Assembly (NCBI GenBank): GCA_964016885.1
Contig: OZ024742.1
Coordinates: 372,496,001 to 372,560,000 of the forward strand
Source of the DNA: Eledone cirrhosa
Taxonomy: Eukaryota
Length of the DNA: 64,000 nt
Direction of reading: 5' to 3'
Positions 15,036 through 29,000 of this stretch are shown piece after piece; the first letter of the stretch is position 1; the number at the start of each line of letters is the position of its first letter. The translations under genes and the position numbers were made by a program. Below the pieces are notes generated by a model. The model was not told the DNA's origin, made no database searches, and saw only the letters and a list, made by a program, of their open reading frames with translations.

Positions 15036-17018
15036 ATATAAACTGTAAATTTCATTCTATAAACTGTAAATCTCTTTCTATATAAATTGTAAATCTCATT
15101 CTATATAAACTGTAAATCTCTTTCTGTATAAACTGTAAATCTCATTCTATATAAACTGTGAATCTCATTCTATAAGCTGTAAATCTCTTTCTATATAAAC
15201 TGTAAATCTCATTCTATATACACTGTAAATCTCTTTCTATATAAACTGTAAATCTCATTCTATATAAACTGTAAATCTCATTCTATAAACTGTACATCTC
15301 TTTCTATATAAACTGTAAATCTCATTCTATATAAACTGTATATATCATTCTATAAACTGTAAATCTCATTCTATAAACTGTAAATCTCTTTCTATATAAA
15401 CTCTAAATCTCATTCTATATAAACTGTAAATCTAATTCTATATTAACTGTAAATCTGATTCTATAAACTGTAAATCTCTTTCTATATAAACTGTAAATCT
15501 CATTCTATATAAACTGTAAATCTCTTTCTATATAAACTGTAAATCTCATTCTATATAAACTGTAAATCTCATTCTATAAACTGTAAATCTCTTTCTATAT
15601 AAACTCTTAATCTCATTCTATATAAACTGTAAATCTCATTCTATAAACTGTAAATCTAATTCTATATAAACTGTAAATCTCTTTCTATATAACCTGTAAA
15701 TCTCTTTCTATATAACCTGTAAATCTCCTTCTATATAAACTGTAAATCTCATGCTATAGACTGTAAATCTCATTCTATATGAACTGTAAATCTCTTTCTA
15801 TATAAACTGTAAATCTCATTCTATATAAACTGTAAATCTCATTCTATATAAACAGTAAATCTCATTCTATATAAACTGGAAATCTCTTTCTATGAACTGT
15901 AAATCTCTTTCTATATAAACTGTAAATTTCATTCTATAAACTGTAAATCTCTTTCTATATAAACTGTAAATCTCATTCTATATAAACTGTAAATCTCTTT
16001 CTATATGAACTGTAAATCTCTTTCTATATAAACTCTGAATCTCATTCTATATAAGCTGTAAATCTCATTCTATGAACTGTAAATCTCTTTCTATAGAAAC
16101 TGTAAATCTCATTCTATATAAACTGTAAATCTCATTCTATAAACTGTAAATCTCTTTATATATAAACTGTAAATCTCATTCTATATAAACTGTAAATCTC
16201 TTTCTATATAAACTGTAAATTTCATTCTATAAACTGTAAATCTCTTTCTATATAAACTGTAAATCTCATTCTATATAAACTTTAAATCTCGTTCTATATA
16301 AACTGTAAATCTCATTCTATATAAACTGTGAATCTCATTCTATAAACTGTAAATCTCTTTCTATATAAACTGTAAATATCATTCTATATACACTGTAAAT
16401 CTCTTTCTATATAAACTGTAAATCTCATTCTATATAAACTGTAAATCTCATTCTATAAACTGTAAATCTCTTTCTATATAAACTGTAAATCTCGTTCTAT
16501 ATAAGCTGTAAATCTCATTCTATAAACTGTAAATCTCTTTCTATATAAACTGTAAATCTCATTCTATATAAACTGTATATATCATTCTATAAACTGTAAA
16601 TCTCATTCTATAAACTGTAAATCTCTTTCTATATAAACTGTAAATCTCATTCTATATAAACTGTAAATCTCTTTCTATATGAACTGTAAATCTCATTCTA
16701 TATACATTGTAAATCTAATTCTATAAAATGTGAATCTCATTCTATATAAACTGTAAATCTCATTCTATAAACTGTAAATCTCATTCTATATAAACTGTAA
16801 ATCTTATTCTATAAACTGTAAATCTCTTTCTGTATAAACTGTAAATCTCATTGTATATAAACTGTAAATCTCTTTCTATATAAACTGTAAATTTCATTCT
16901 ATAATCTGTAAATCTCTTTCTATATAAACTGTAAATCTCATTCTATATAAACTGTAAATCTCTTTCTATATAAACTGTAAATCTCATTCTATATAAACTG
17001 TGAATCTCATTCTATAAG

Positions 17019-20000
17019 CTGTAAATCTCTTTCTATATAAACTGTAAATCTCATTCTATATACACTGTAAATCTCTTTCTATATAAACTGTAAATCTCAT
17101 TCTATATAAACTGTAAATCTCATTCTATAAGCTGTAAATCTCTTTCTATATAAACTGTAAATCTCATTCTATATAAACTGTAAATCTCTTTCTATATAAA
17201 CTGTAAATCTCTTTCTATATAAACTGTAAATCTCATTCTATATAAACTGTATATATCATTCTATAAACTGTAAATCTCATTCTATAAACTGTAAATCTCT
17301 TTCTATATAAACTGTAAATCTCATTCTATATAAACTGTAAATCTCATTCTATAAACTGTAAATCTCTTTCCATATAAACTGTAAATCTAATTCTATATTA
17401 ACTGTAAATCTGATTCTATAAACTGTAAATCTCTTTCTATATAAACTGTAAATCTCATTCTATATAAACTGTAAATCTCTTTCTATATAAACTGTTAATC
17501 TCAATCTATATAAACTGTAAATCTCATTCTATAAACTGTAAATCTCTTTCTATATAAACTCTTAATCTCATTCTATATAAACTGTAAATCTCATTCTATA
17601 AACTGTAAATCTCATTCTATATAAACTGTAAATCTCTTTCTATATAACCTGTAAATCTCTTTCTATATAACCTGTAAATCTTATGCTATAGACTGTAAAT
17701 CTCATTCTATATGAACTGTAAATCTCTTTCTATATAAACTGTAAATCTCATTCTATATAAACTGTAAATCTCATTCTATATAATCTGTAAATCTCATTCG
17801 ATAAGCTGTAAATCTCTTTTTATATAAACAGTAAATCTCATTCTATATAAACTGGAAATCTCATTCTATGAACTGTAAATCTCTTTCTATATAAACTGTA
17901 AATCTCATTCTATATAAAATGTAAATCTCATTCTATAAACTGTAAATCTCTTTCTATATAAACTGTAAATCTCATTCTATATAAACTGTAAATCTCTTTC
18001 TATATAAACTGTAAATTTCATTCTATAAACTCTAAATCTCTTTCTATATAAACTGTAAATCTCATTCTATATAAACTGTAAATCTGATTCTATGAACTGT
18101 AAATCTCTTTCTTTATAAACTCTTAATCTCATTCTATATAAACTGTAAATCTCATTCTATAAACTGTAAATCTCATTCTATATAAGCTGTAAATCTCATT
18201 TTATAAACTGTAAATCTCATTCTATAAACTGTAAATCTATTTCTATATAAACTGTAAATCTCATTCTATATAATCTGTATATATCATTCTATAAACTGTA
18301 AATCTCATTCTATAAACTGTAAATCTCTTTCTATATAAACTGTAAATCTCATTCTATATAAACTGTAAATATCTTTCTATATGAACTGTAAATCTCATTC
18401 TATATAAACTGTAAATCTATTTCTATATAAACTGTAAATCTCATTCTATATAAACTGTAAATCTCATTCTATATAAACTTTAAATCTCATTCTATATAAA
18501 CTGTAAATCTCTTTCTATATAAACTGTAAATCTCATTCTATATAAACTGTGAATCTCATTCTATATAAACTGAAATTCTCATTCTATATTAACTGTAAAT
18601 CTCATTCTATAAACTGTAAGTCTCTTTCGATATAAGCTGTAAATCTCATTCTATATAAACTGTAAATCTCATTCTATAAACTGTAAATCTCATTCTATAT
18701 AAACTGTAAATCTCATTCTATAAACTGTAAATCTTTTTCTATATAAACCGTAAATTTCATTCTATATAATCTGTAAATCTCATTCTATAAACTGTAAATC
18801 TCATTCTATATAAACTGTAAATCTCTTTCTATATAAACTGTAAATCTCATTCTATATAAACTGTAAATCTCATTCTATAAACTGTAAATCTCTTTCTATA
18901 TAAACTGTAAATCTCATTCTATATAAGCTGTAAATCTCATTCTATAAACTGTAAATCTCATTCTATAAACTGTAAATCTCGTTCTATATAAACTGTAAAT
19001 CTCTTTCCATATGAACTGTAAATCTCTTTCTATATAAACTCTGAATCTCATTCTATATAAGCTGTAAATCTCATTCTATGAACTGTAAATCTCTTTCTAT
19101 ATAAACTGTAAATCTCATTCTATATAAACTGTGAATCTCATTCTATATAAACTGTATATATCATTCTATAAACTGTAACTCTCAGTCTATAAACTGTAAA
19201 TCTCGTTCTATATGAACTGTAAATCTCTTTCTATATGAACTGTTAATCTCTTTCTATATAAACTGTAAATCTCATTCTATATAAACTGTAAATCTCATTC
19301 TATAAACTGTAAATCTCTTTCTATATAAACTGTAAATATCATTCTATATAAACTGTAAATCTCTTTCTATATAAACTGTAAATTTCATTATATAAACTGT
19401 AAATCTCTTTCTATATAAACTGTAAATCTCATTCTATAAACTGTAAATCTCGTTCTATATAAACTGTAAATCTCTTTCCATATGAACTGTAAATCTCTTT
19501 CTATATAAACTCTGAATCTCATTCTATATAAGCTGTAAATCTCATTCTATGAACTGTAAATCTCTTTCTATATAAACTGTAAATCTCATTCTATATAAAC
19601 TGTGAATCCCTTTCTATATAAACTGTAAATTTCATTCTATAAACTGTAAATCTCTTTCTATATAAACTGTAAATCTCATTCTATATAAACTGTAAATCTC
19701 TTTCTATATAAACTGTAAATCTCATTCTATATAAACTGTGAATCTCATTCTATAAACTGTAAATCTCTTTCTATATAAACTGTAAATATCATTCTATATA
19801 CACTGTAAATCTCTTTCTATATAAACTGTAAATCTCATTCTATAAACTGTAAATCTCTTTCTATATAAACTGTAAATCTCGTTCTATATAAGCTGTAAAT
19901 CTCATTCTATAAACTGTTAATCTCTTTCTATATAAACTGTAAATCTCATTCTATATAAACTGTATATATCATTCTATAAACTGTAAATCTCATTCTATAA

Positions 20001-23000
20001 ACTGTAAATCTCTTTCTATATAAACTGTAAATCTCATTCTATATAAACTGTAAATCTCTTTCTATATGAACTGTAAATCTCATTCTATATAAATTGTAAA
20101 TCTTATTCTATAAACTGTGAATCTCATTCTATATAAACTGTAAATCTCATTCTATATAAACTGTAAATCTCATTCTATATTAACTGTAAATCTCATTCTA
20201 TAAACTGTAAATCTCTTTCTATATAAGCTGTAAATCTCATTCTATGTAAACTGTAAATCTCATTCTGTAAACTGTAAATCTCATTCTATGAACTGTATAT
20301 CTCTTTCTATATAAACTGTAAATCTCATTCTATATAAACTGTAAATCTCATTCTATAAACTGCAAATCTCTTTCTGTATAAACTGTAAATCTCATTCTAT
20401 ATAAACTGTAAATCTCTTTCTGTATAAACTGTAAATTTCATTCTATAAACTGTAAATCTCTTTCTATATAAACTGTAAATCTCATTCTATAAAAACTGTA
20501 AATCTCTTTCTATATAAACTGTAAATCTCATTCTATATAAACTGTAAATCTCTTTCTATATGAACTGTAAATCTCTTTCTATATAAACTCTGAATCTCAT
20601 TCTATATAAGCTGTAAATCTCATTCTATGAACTGTTAATCTCTTTCTATAAAAACTGTAAATCTCATTCTATATAAACTGTAAATCTCATTCTATAAACT
20701 GTAAATCTCTTTCTATATAAACTGTAAATATCATTCTATATAAACTGTAAATCTCTTTCTATATAAACTGTAAATTTCATTCTATAAACTGTAAATCTCT
20801 TTCTATATAAACTGTAAATCTCATTCTATAAACTGTAAATCTCGTTCTATATAAACTGTAAATCTCTTTCCATATGAACTGTAAATCTCTTTCTATATAA
20901 ACTCTGAATCTCATTCTATATAAGCTGTAAATCCCATTCTATGAACTGTAAATCTCTTTCTATATAAACTGTAAATTTCATTCTATAAACTGTAAATCTC
21001 TTTCTATATAAACTGTAAATCTCATTCTATATAAACTGTAAATCTCTTTCTATATAAACTGTAAATCTCATTCTATATAAACTGTGAATCTCATTCTATA
21101 AACTGTAAATCTCTTTCTATATAAACTGTAAATATCATTCTATATACACTGTAAATCTCTTTCTATATAAACTGTAAATCTCATTCTATATAAACTGTAA
21201 ATCTCATTCTATAAACTGTAAATCTCTTTCTATATAAACTGTAAATCTCGTTCTATAAACTGCAAATCTCTTTCTATAAACTGCAAATCTCTTTCTATAT
21301 AAACTGTAAATCTCATTCTATACAAACTGTATATATCATTCTATAAACTGTAAATCTCATTCTATAAACTGTAAATCTCTTTCTATATAAACTGTAAATC
21401 TCATTCTATATAAACTGTAAATCTCTTTCTATATGAACTGTAAATCTCATGATATATAAATTGTAAATCTCATTCTATAAACTATAAATCTCATTCTATG
21501 AACTGTATATCTCTTTCTATATATACTGTAAATCTCATTCTATATAAACTGTAAATCTCATTCTATAAACTGTAAATCTCTTTCTGTATAAACTGTAAAT
21601 CTCATTCTATATAAACTGTAAATCTCTTTCTGTATAAACTGTAAATTTCATTCTATAAACTGTAAATCTCTTTCTATATAAACTGTAAATCTCATTCTAT
21701 AAAAACTGTAAATCTCTTTCTATATAAACTGTAAGTCTCATTCTATATAAACTGTAAATCTCTTTCTATATGAACTGTAAATCTCTTTCTATATAAACTC
21801 TGAATCTCATTCTATATAAGCTGTAAATCCCATTCTATGAACTGTTAATCTCTTTCTATATAAACTGTAAATCTCATTCTATATAAACTGTAAATCTCAT
21901 TCTATAAACTGTAAATCTCTTTCTATATAAACTGTAAATATCATTCTATATAAACTGTAAATCTCGTTCTATATAAACTGTAAATCTCTTTCCATATGAA
22001 CTGTAAATCTCTTTCTATATAAACTCTGAATCTCATTCTATATAAGCTGTAAATCTCATTCTATGAACTGTTAATCTCTTTCTATATAAACTGTAAATCT
22101 CATTCTATATAAACTGTGAATCTCTTTCTATATAAACTGTAAATTTCATTCTATAAACTGTAAATCTCTTTCTATATAAACTGTAAATCTCATTCTATAT
22201 AAACTGTAAATCTCTTTCTATATAAACTGTAAATCTCATTCTATATAAACTGTGAATCTCATTCTATAAACTGTAAATCTCTTTCTATATAAACTGTAAA
22301 TATCATTCTATATACACTGTAAATCTCTTTCTATATAAACTGTAAATATCATTCTATATAAACTGTAAATCTCATTCTATAAACTGTAAATCTCTTTCTA
22401 TATAAACTGTAAATCTCGTTCTATATAAGCTGTAAATCTCATTCTATAAACTGTAAATCTCTTTCTATATAAACTGTAAATCTCATTCTATATTAACTGT
22501 ATATATCATTCTATAAACTGTAAATCTCATTCTATAAACTGTAAATCTCTTTCTATATAAACTGTAAATCTCATTCTATATAAACTGTAAATCTCTTTCT
22601 ATATGAACTGTAAATCTCATTATATATAAATTGTAAATCTCATTCTATAAACTGTGAATCTCATTCTATATAAACTGTAAATCTCATTCTATATACACTG
22701 TAAATCTCTTTCTATATAAACTGTAAATCTCATTCTATATAAACTGTTAATCTCATTCTATAAACTGTAAATCTCTTTCTATATAAACTGTAAATCTCAT
22801 TCTATATAAGCTGTAAATCTCATTCTATGAACTGTAAATCTCTTTCTATATAAACTGTAAATCTCATTCTATATAAACTGTATATATCATTCTATAAACT
22901 GTAACTCTCATTCTATAAACTGTAAATCTCGTTCTATATAAACTGTAAATCTCTTTCCATATGAACTGTAAATCTCTTTCTATATAAACTCTGAATCTCA

Positions 23001-26000
23001 TTCTATATAAGCTGTAAATCTCATTCTATGATCTGTAAATCTCTTTCTATATAAACTGTAAATCTCATTCTATATAAACTGTGAATCTCTTTCTATATAA
23101 ACTGTAAATTTCATTCTATAAACTGTAAATCTCTTTCTATATAAACTGTAAATCTCATTCTATATAAACTGTAAATCTCTTTCTATATAAACTGTAAATA
23201 TCATTCTATATAAACTGTGAATCTCATTCTATAAACTGTAAATCTCTTTCTATATAAACTGTAAATATCATTCTATATACACTGTAAATCTCTTTCTATA
23301 TAAACTGTAAATCTCATTCTATATAAACTGTAAATCTCATTCTATAAACTGTAAATCTCTTTCTATATAAATTGTAAATCTCGTTCTATATAAGCTGTAA
23401 ATCTCATTCTATAAACTGTAAATCTCTTTCTATATAAACTGTAAATCTCATTCTATATAAACTGTATATATCATTCTATAAACTGTAAATCTCATTCTAT
23501 AAACTGTAAATCTCTTTCTATATAAACTGTAAATCTCATTCTATATAAACTGTAAATCTCTTTCTATATGAACTGTAAATCTCATTATATATAAACTGTA
23601 AATCTCATTCTATAAACTGTGAATCTCATTCTATATAAACTGTAAATCTCATTCTATATACACTGTAAATCTCTTTCTATATAAACTGTAAATCTCATTC
23701 TATATAAACTGTAAATCTAATTCTATAAACTGTAAATCTCTTTCCATATAAACTGTAAATCTCATTCTATATAAGCTGTAAATCTCATTCTATAAACTGT
23801 ACATCTCTTTCTATATAAACTGTAAATCTCATTCTATATAAACTGTATATATCATTCTATAAACTGTAAATCTCATTCTATAAACTGTAAATCTCTTTCT
23901 ATATAAACTGTAAATCTCATTCTATATAAACTGTAAATCTTATTCTATATTAACTGTAAATCTGATTCTATAAACTGTAAATCTCTTTCTATATAAACTG
24001 TAAATCTCATTCTATATAAACTGTAAATCTCTTTCTATATAAACTGTAAATCTCATTCTATATAAACTGTAAATCTCATTCTATAAACTGTAAATCTCTT
24101 TCTATATAAACTCTTTATCTCATTCTATATAAACTGTAAATCTCATTCTATAAACTGTAAATCTCATTCTATATAAACTGTAAATCTCTTTCTATATAAC
24201 CTGTAAATCTCTTTCTATATAACCTGTAAATCTCTTTCTATATAAACTGTAAATCTCATCCTATAGACTGTAAATCTCATTCTATATGAACTGTAAATCT
24301 CTTTCTATATAAACTGTAAATCTCATTCTATATACACTGTAAATCTCTTTCTATATAAACTGTAAATCTCATTCTATATAAACTGTAAATCTCATTCTAT
24401 AAGCTGTAAATCTCTTTCTATATAAACTGTAAATCTCATTCTATATAAACTGTAAATCTCTTTCTATATAAACTGTAAATCTCTTTCTATATAAACTGTA
24501 AATCTCATTCTATATAAACTGTATATATCATTCTATAAACTGTAAATCTCATTCTATAAACTGTAAATCTCTTTCTATATAAACTGTAAATCTCATTCTA
24601 TATAAACTGTAAATCTCATTCTATAAACTGTAAATCTCTTTCCATATAAACTGTAAATCTAATTCTATATTAACTGTAAATCTGATTCTATAAACTGTAA
24701 ATCTCTTTCTATATAAACTGTAAATCTCATTCTATATAAACTGTAAATCTCTTTCTATATAAACTGTTAATCTCAATCTATATAAACTGTAAATCTCATT
24801 CTATAAACTGTAAATCTCTTTCTATATAAACTCTTAATCTCATTCTATATAAACTGTAAATCTCATTCTATAAACTGTAAATCTCATTCTATATAAACTG
24901 TAAATCTCTTTCTATATAACCTGTAAATCTCTTTCTATATAACCTGTAAATCTTATGCTATAGACTGTAAATCTCATTCTATATGAACTGTAAATCTCTT
25001 TCTATATAAACTGTAAATCTCATTCTATATAAACTGTAAATCTCATTCTATATAATCTGTAAATCTCATTCGATAAGCTGTAAATCTCTTTTTATATAAA
25101 CAGTAAATCTCATTCTATATAAACTGGAAATCTCATTCTATGAACTGTAAATCTCTTTCTATATAAACTGTAAATCTCATTCTATATAAAATGTAAATCT
25201 CATTCTATAAACTGTAAATCTCTTTCTATATAAACTGTAAATCTCATTCTATATAAACTGTAAATCTCTTTCTATATAAACTGTAAATTTCATTCTATAA
25301 ACTCTAAATCTCTTTCTATATAAACTGTAAATCTCATTCTATATAAACTGTAAATCTGATTCTATGAACTGTAAATCTCTTTCTTTATAAACTCTTAATC
25401 TCATTCTATATAAACTGTAAATCTCATTCTATAAACTGTAAATCTCATTCTATATAAGCTGTAAATCTCATTTTATAAACTGTAAATCTCATTCTATAAA
25501 CTGTAAATCTATTTCTATATAAACTGTAAATTTCATTCTATAAACTGTAAATCTCTTTCTATATAAACTGTAAATCTCATTCTATAAACTGTAGATCTCG
25601 TTCTATATAAACTGTAAATATCTTTCTATATGAACTGTAAATCTCATTCTATATAAACTGTAAATCTATTTCTATATAAACTGTAAATCTCATTCTATAT
25701 AAACTGTAAATCTCATTCTATATAAACTTTAAATCTCATTCTATATAAACTGTAAATCTCTTTCTATATAAACTGTAAATCTCATTCTATATAAACTGTG
25801 AATCTCATTCTATATAAACTGAAATTCTCATTCTATATTAACTGTAAATCTCATTCTATAAACTGTAAGTCTCTTTCGATATAAGCTGTAAATCTCATTC
25901 TATATAAACTGTAAATCTCATTCTATAAACTGTAAATCTCATTCTATATAAACTGTAAATCTCATTCTATAAACTGTAAATCTTTTTCTATATAAACCGT

Positions 26001-29000
26001 AAATTTCATTCTATATAATCTGTAAATCTCATTCTATAAACTGTAAATCTCATTCTATATAAACTGTAAATCTCTTTCTATATAAACTGTAAATCTCATT
26101 CTATATAAACTGTAAATCTCATTCTATAAACTGTAAATCTCTTTCTATATAAACTGTAAATCTCATTCTATATAAGCTGTAAATCTCATTCTATAAACTG
26201 TAAATCTCATTCTATAAACTGTAAATCTCGTTCTATATAAACTGTAAATCTCTTTCCATATGAACTGTAAATCTCTTTCTATATAAACTCTGAATCTCAT
26301 TCTATATAAGCTGTAAATCTCATTCTATGAACTGTAAATCTCTTTCTATATAAACTGTAAATCTCATTCTATATAAACTGTGAATCTCATTCTATATAAA
26401 CTGTATATATCATTCTATAAACTGTAACTCTCAGTCTATAAACTGTAAATCTCGTTCTATATGAACTGTAAATCTCTTTCTATATGAACTGTTAATCTCT
26501 TTCTATATAAACTGTAAATCTCATTCTATATAAACTGTAAATCTCATTCTATAAACTGTAAATCTCTTTCTATATAAACTGTAAATATCATTCTATATAA
26601 ACTGTAAATCTCTTTCTATATAAACTGTAAATTTCATTATATAAACTGTAAATCTCTTTCTATATAAACTGTAAATCTCATTCTATAAACTGTAAATCTC
26701 GTTCTATATAAACTGTAAATCTCTTTCCATATGAACTGTAAATCTCTTTCTATATAAACTCTGAATCTCATTCTATATAAGCTGTAAATCTCATTCTATG
26801 AACTGTAAATCTCTTTCTATATAAACTGTAAATCTCATTCTATATAAACTGTGAATCCCTTTCTATATAAACTGTAAATTTCATTCTATAAACTGTAAAT
26901 CTCTTTCTATATAAACTGTAAATCTCATTCTATATAAACTGTAAATCTCTTTCTATATAAACTGTAAATCTCATTCTATATAAACTGTGAATCTCATTCT
27001 ATAAACTGTAAATCTCTTTCTATATAAACTGTAAATATCATTCTATATACACTGTAAATCTCTTTCTATATAAACTGTAAATCTCATTCTATAAACTGTA
27101 AATCTCTTTCTATATAAACTGTAAATCTCGTTCTATATAAGCTGTAAATCTCATTCTATAAACTGTTAATCTCTTTCTATATAAACTGTAAATCTCATTC
27201 TATATAAACTGTATATATCATTCTATAAACTGTAAATCTCATTCTATAAACTGTAAATCTCTTTCTATATAAACTGTAAATCTCATTCTATATAAACTGT
27301 AAATCTCTTTCTATATGAACTGTAAATCTCATTCTATATAAATTGTAAATCTTATTCTATAAACTGTGAATCTCATTCTATATAAACTGTAAATCTCATT
27401 CTATATAAACTGTAAATCTCATTCTATATTAACTGTAAATCTCATTCTATAAACTGTAAATCTCTTTCTATATAAGCTGTAAATCTCATTCTATGTAAAC
27501 TGTAAATCTCATTCTGTAAACTGTAAATCTCATTCTATGAACTGTATATCTCTTTCTATATAAACTGTAAATCTCATTCTATATAAACTGTAAATCTCAT
27601 TCTATAAACTGCAAATCTCTTTCTGTATAAACTGTAAATCTCATTCTATATAAACTGTAAATCTCTTTCTGTATAAACTGTAAATTTCATTCTATAAACT
27701 GTAAATCTCTTTCTATATAAACTGTAAATCTCATTCTATAAAAACTGTAAATCTCTTTCTATATAAACTGTAAATCTCATTCTATATAAACTGTAAATCT
27801 CTTTCTATATGAACTGTAAATCTCTTTCTATATAAACTCTGAATCTCATTCTATATAAGCTGTAAATCTCATTCTATGAACTGTTAATCTCTTTCTATAA
27901 AAACTGTAAATCTCATTCTATATAAACTGTAAATCTCATTCTATAAACTGTAAATCTCTTTCTATATAAACTGTAAATATCATTCTATATAAACTGTAAA
28001 TCTCTTTCTATATAAACTGTAAATTTCATTCTATAAACTGTAAATCTCTTTCTATATAAACTGTAAATCTCATTCTATAAACTGTAAATCTCGTTCTATA
28101 TAAACTGTAAATCTCTTTCCATATGAACTGTAAATCTCTTTCTATATAAACTCTGAATCTCATTCTATATAAGCTGTAAATCCCATTCTATGAACTGTAA
28201 ATCTCTTTCTATATAAACTGTAAATTTCATTCTATAAACTGTAAATCTCTTTCTATATAAACTGTAAATCTCATTCTATATAAACTGTAAATCTCTTTCT
28301 ATATAAACTGTAAATCTCATTCTATATAAACTGTGAATCTCATTCTATAAACTGTAAATCTCTTTCTATATAAACTGTAAATATCATTCTATATACACTG
28401 TAAATCTCTTTCTATATAAACTGTAAATCTCATTCTATATAAACTGTAAATCTCATTCTATAAACTGTAAATCTCTTTCTATATAAACTGTAAATCTCGT
28501 TCTATAAACTGCAAATCTCTTTCTATAAACTGCAAATCTCTTTCTATATAAACTGTAAATCTCATTCTATACAAACTGTATATATCATTCTATAAACTGT
28601 AAATCTCATTCTATAAACTGTAAATCTCTTTCTATATAAACTGTAAATCTCATTCTATATAAACTGTAAATCTCTTTCTATATGAACTGTAAATCTCATG
28701 ATATATAAATTGTAAATCTCATTCTATAAACTATAAATCTCATTCTATGAACTGTATATCTCTTTCTATATATACTGTAAATCTCATTCTATATAAACTG
28801 TAAATCTCATTCTATAAACTGTAAATCTCTTTCTGTATAAACTGTAAATCTCATTCTATATAAACTGTAAATCTCTTTCTGTATAAACTGTAAATTTCAT
28901 TCTATAAACTGTAAATCTCTTTCTATATAAACTGTAAATCTCATTCTATAAAAACTGTAAATCTCTTTCTATATAAACTGTAAGTCTCATTCTATATAAA

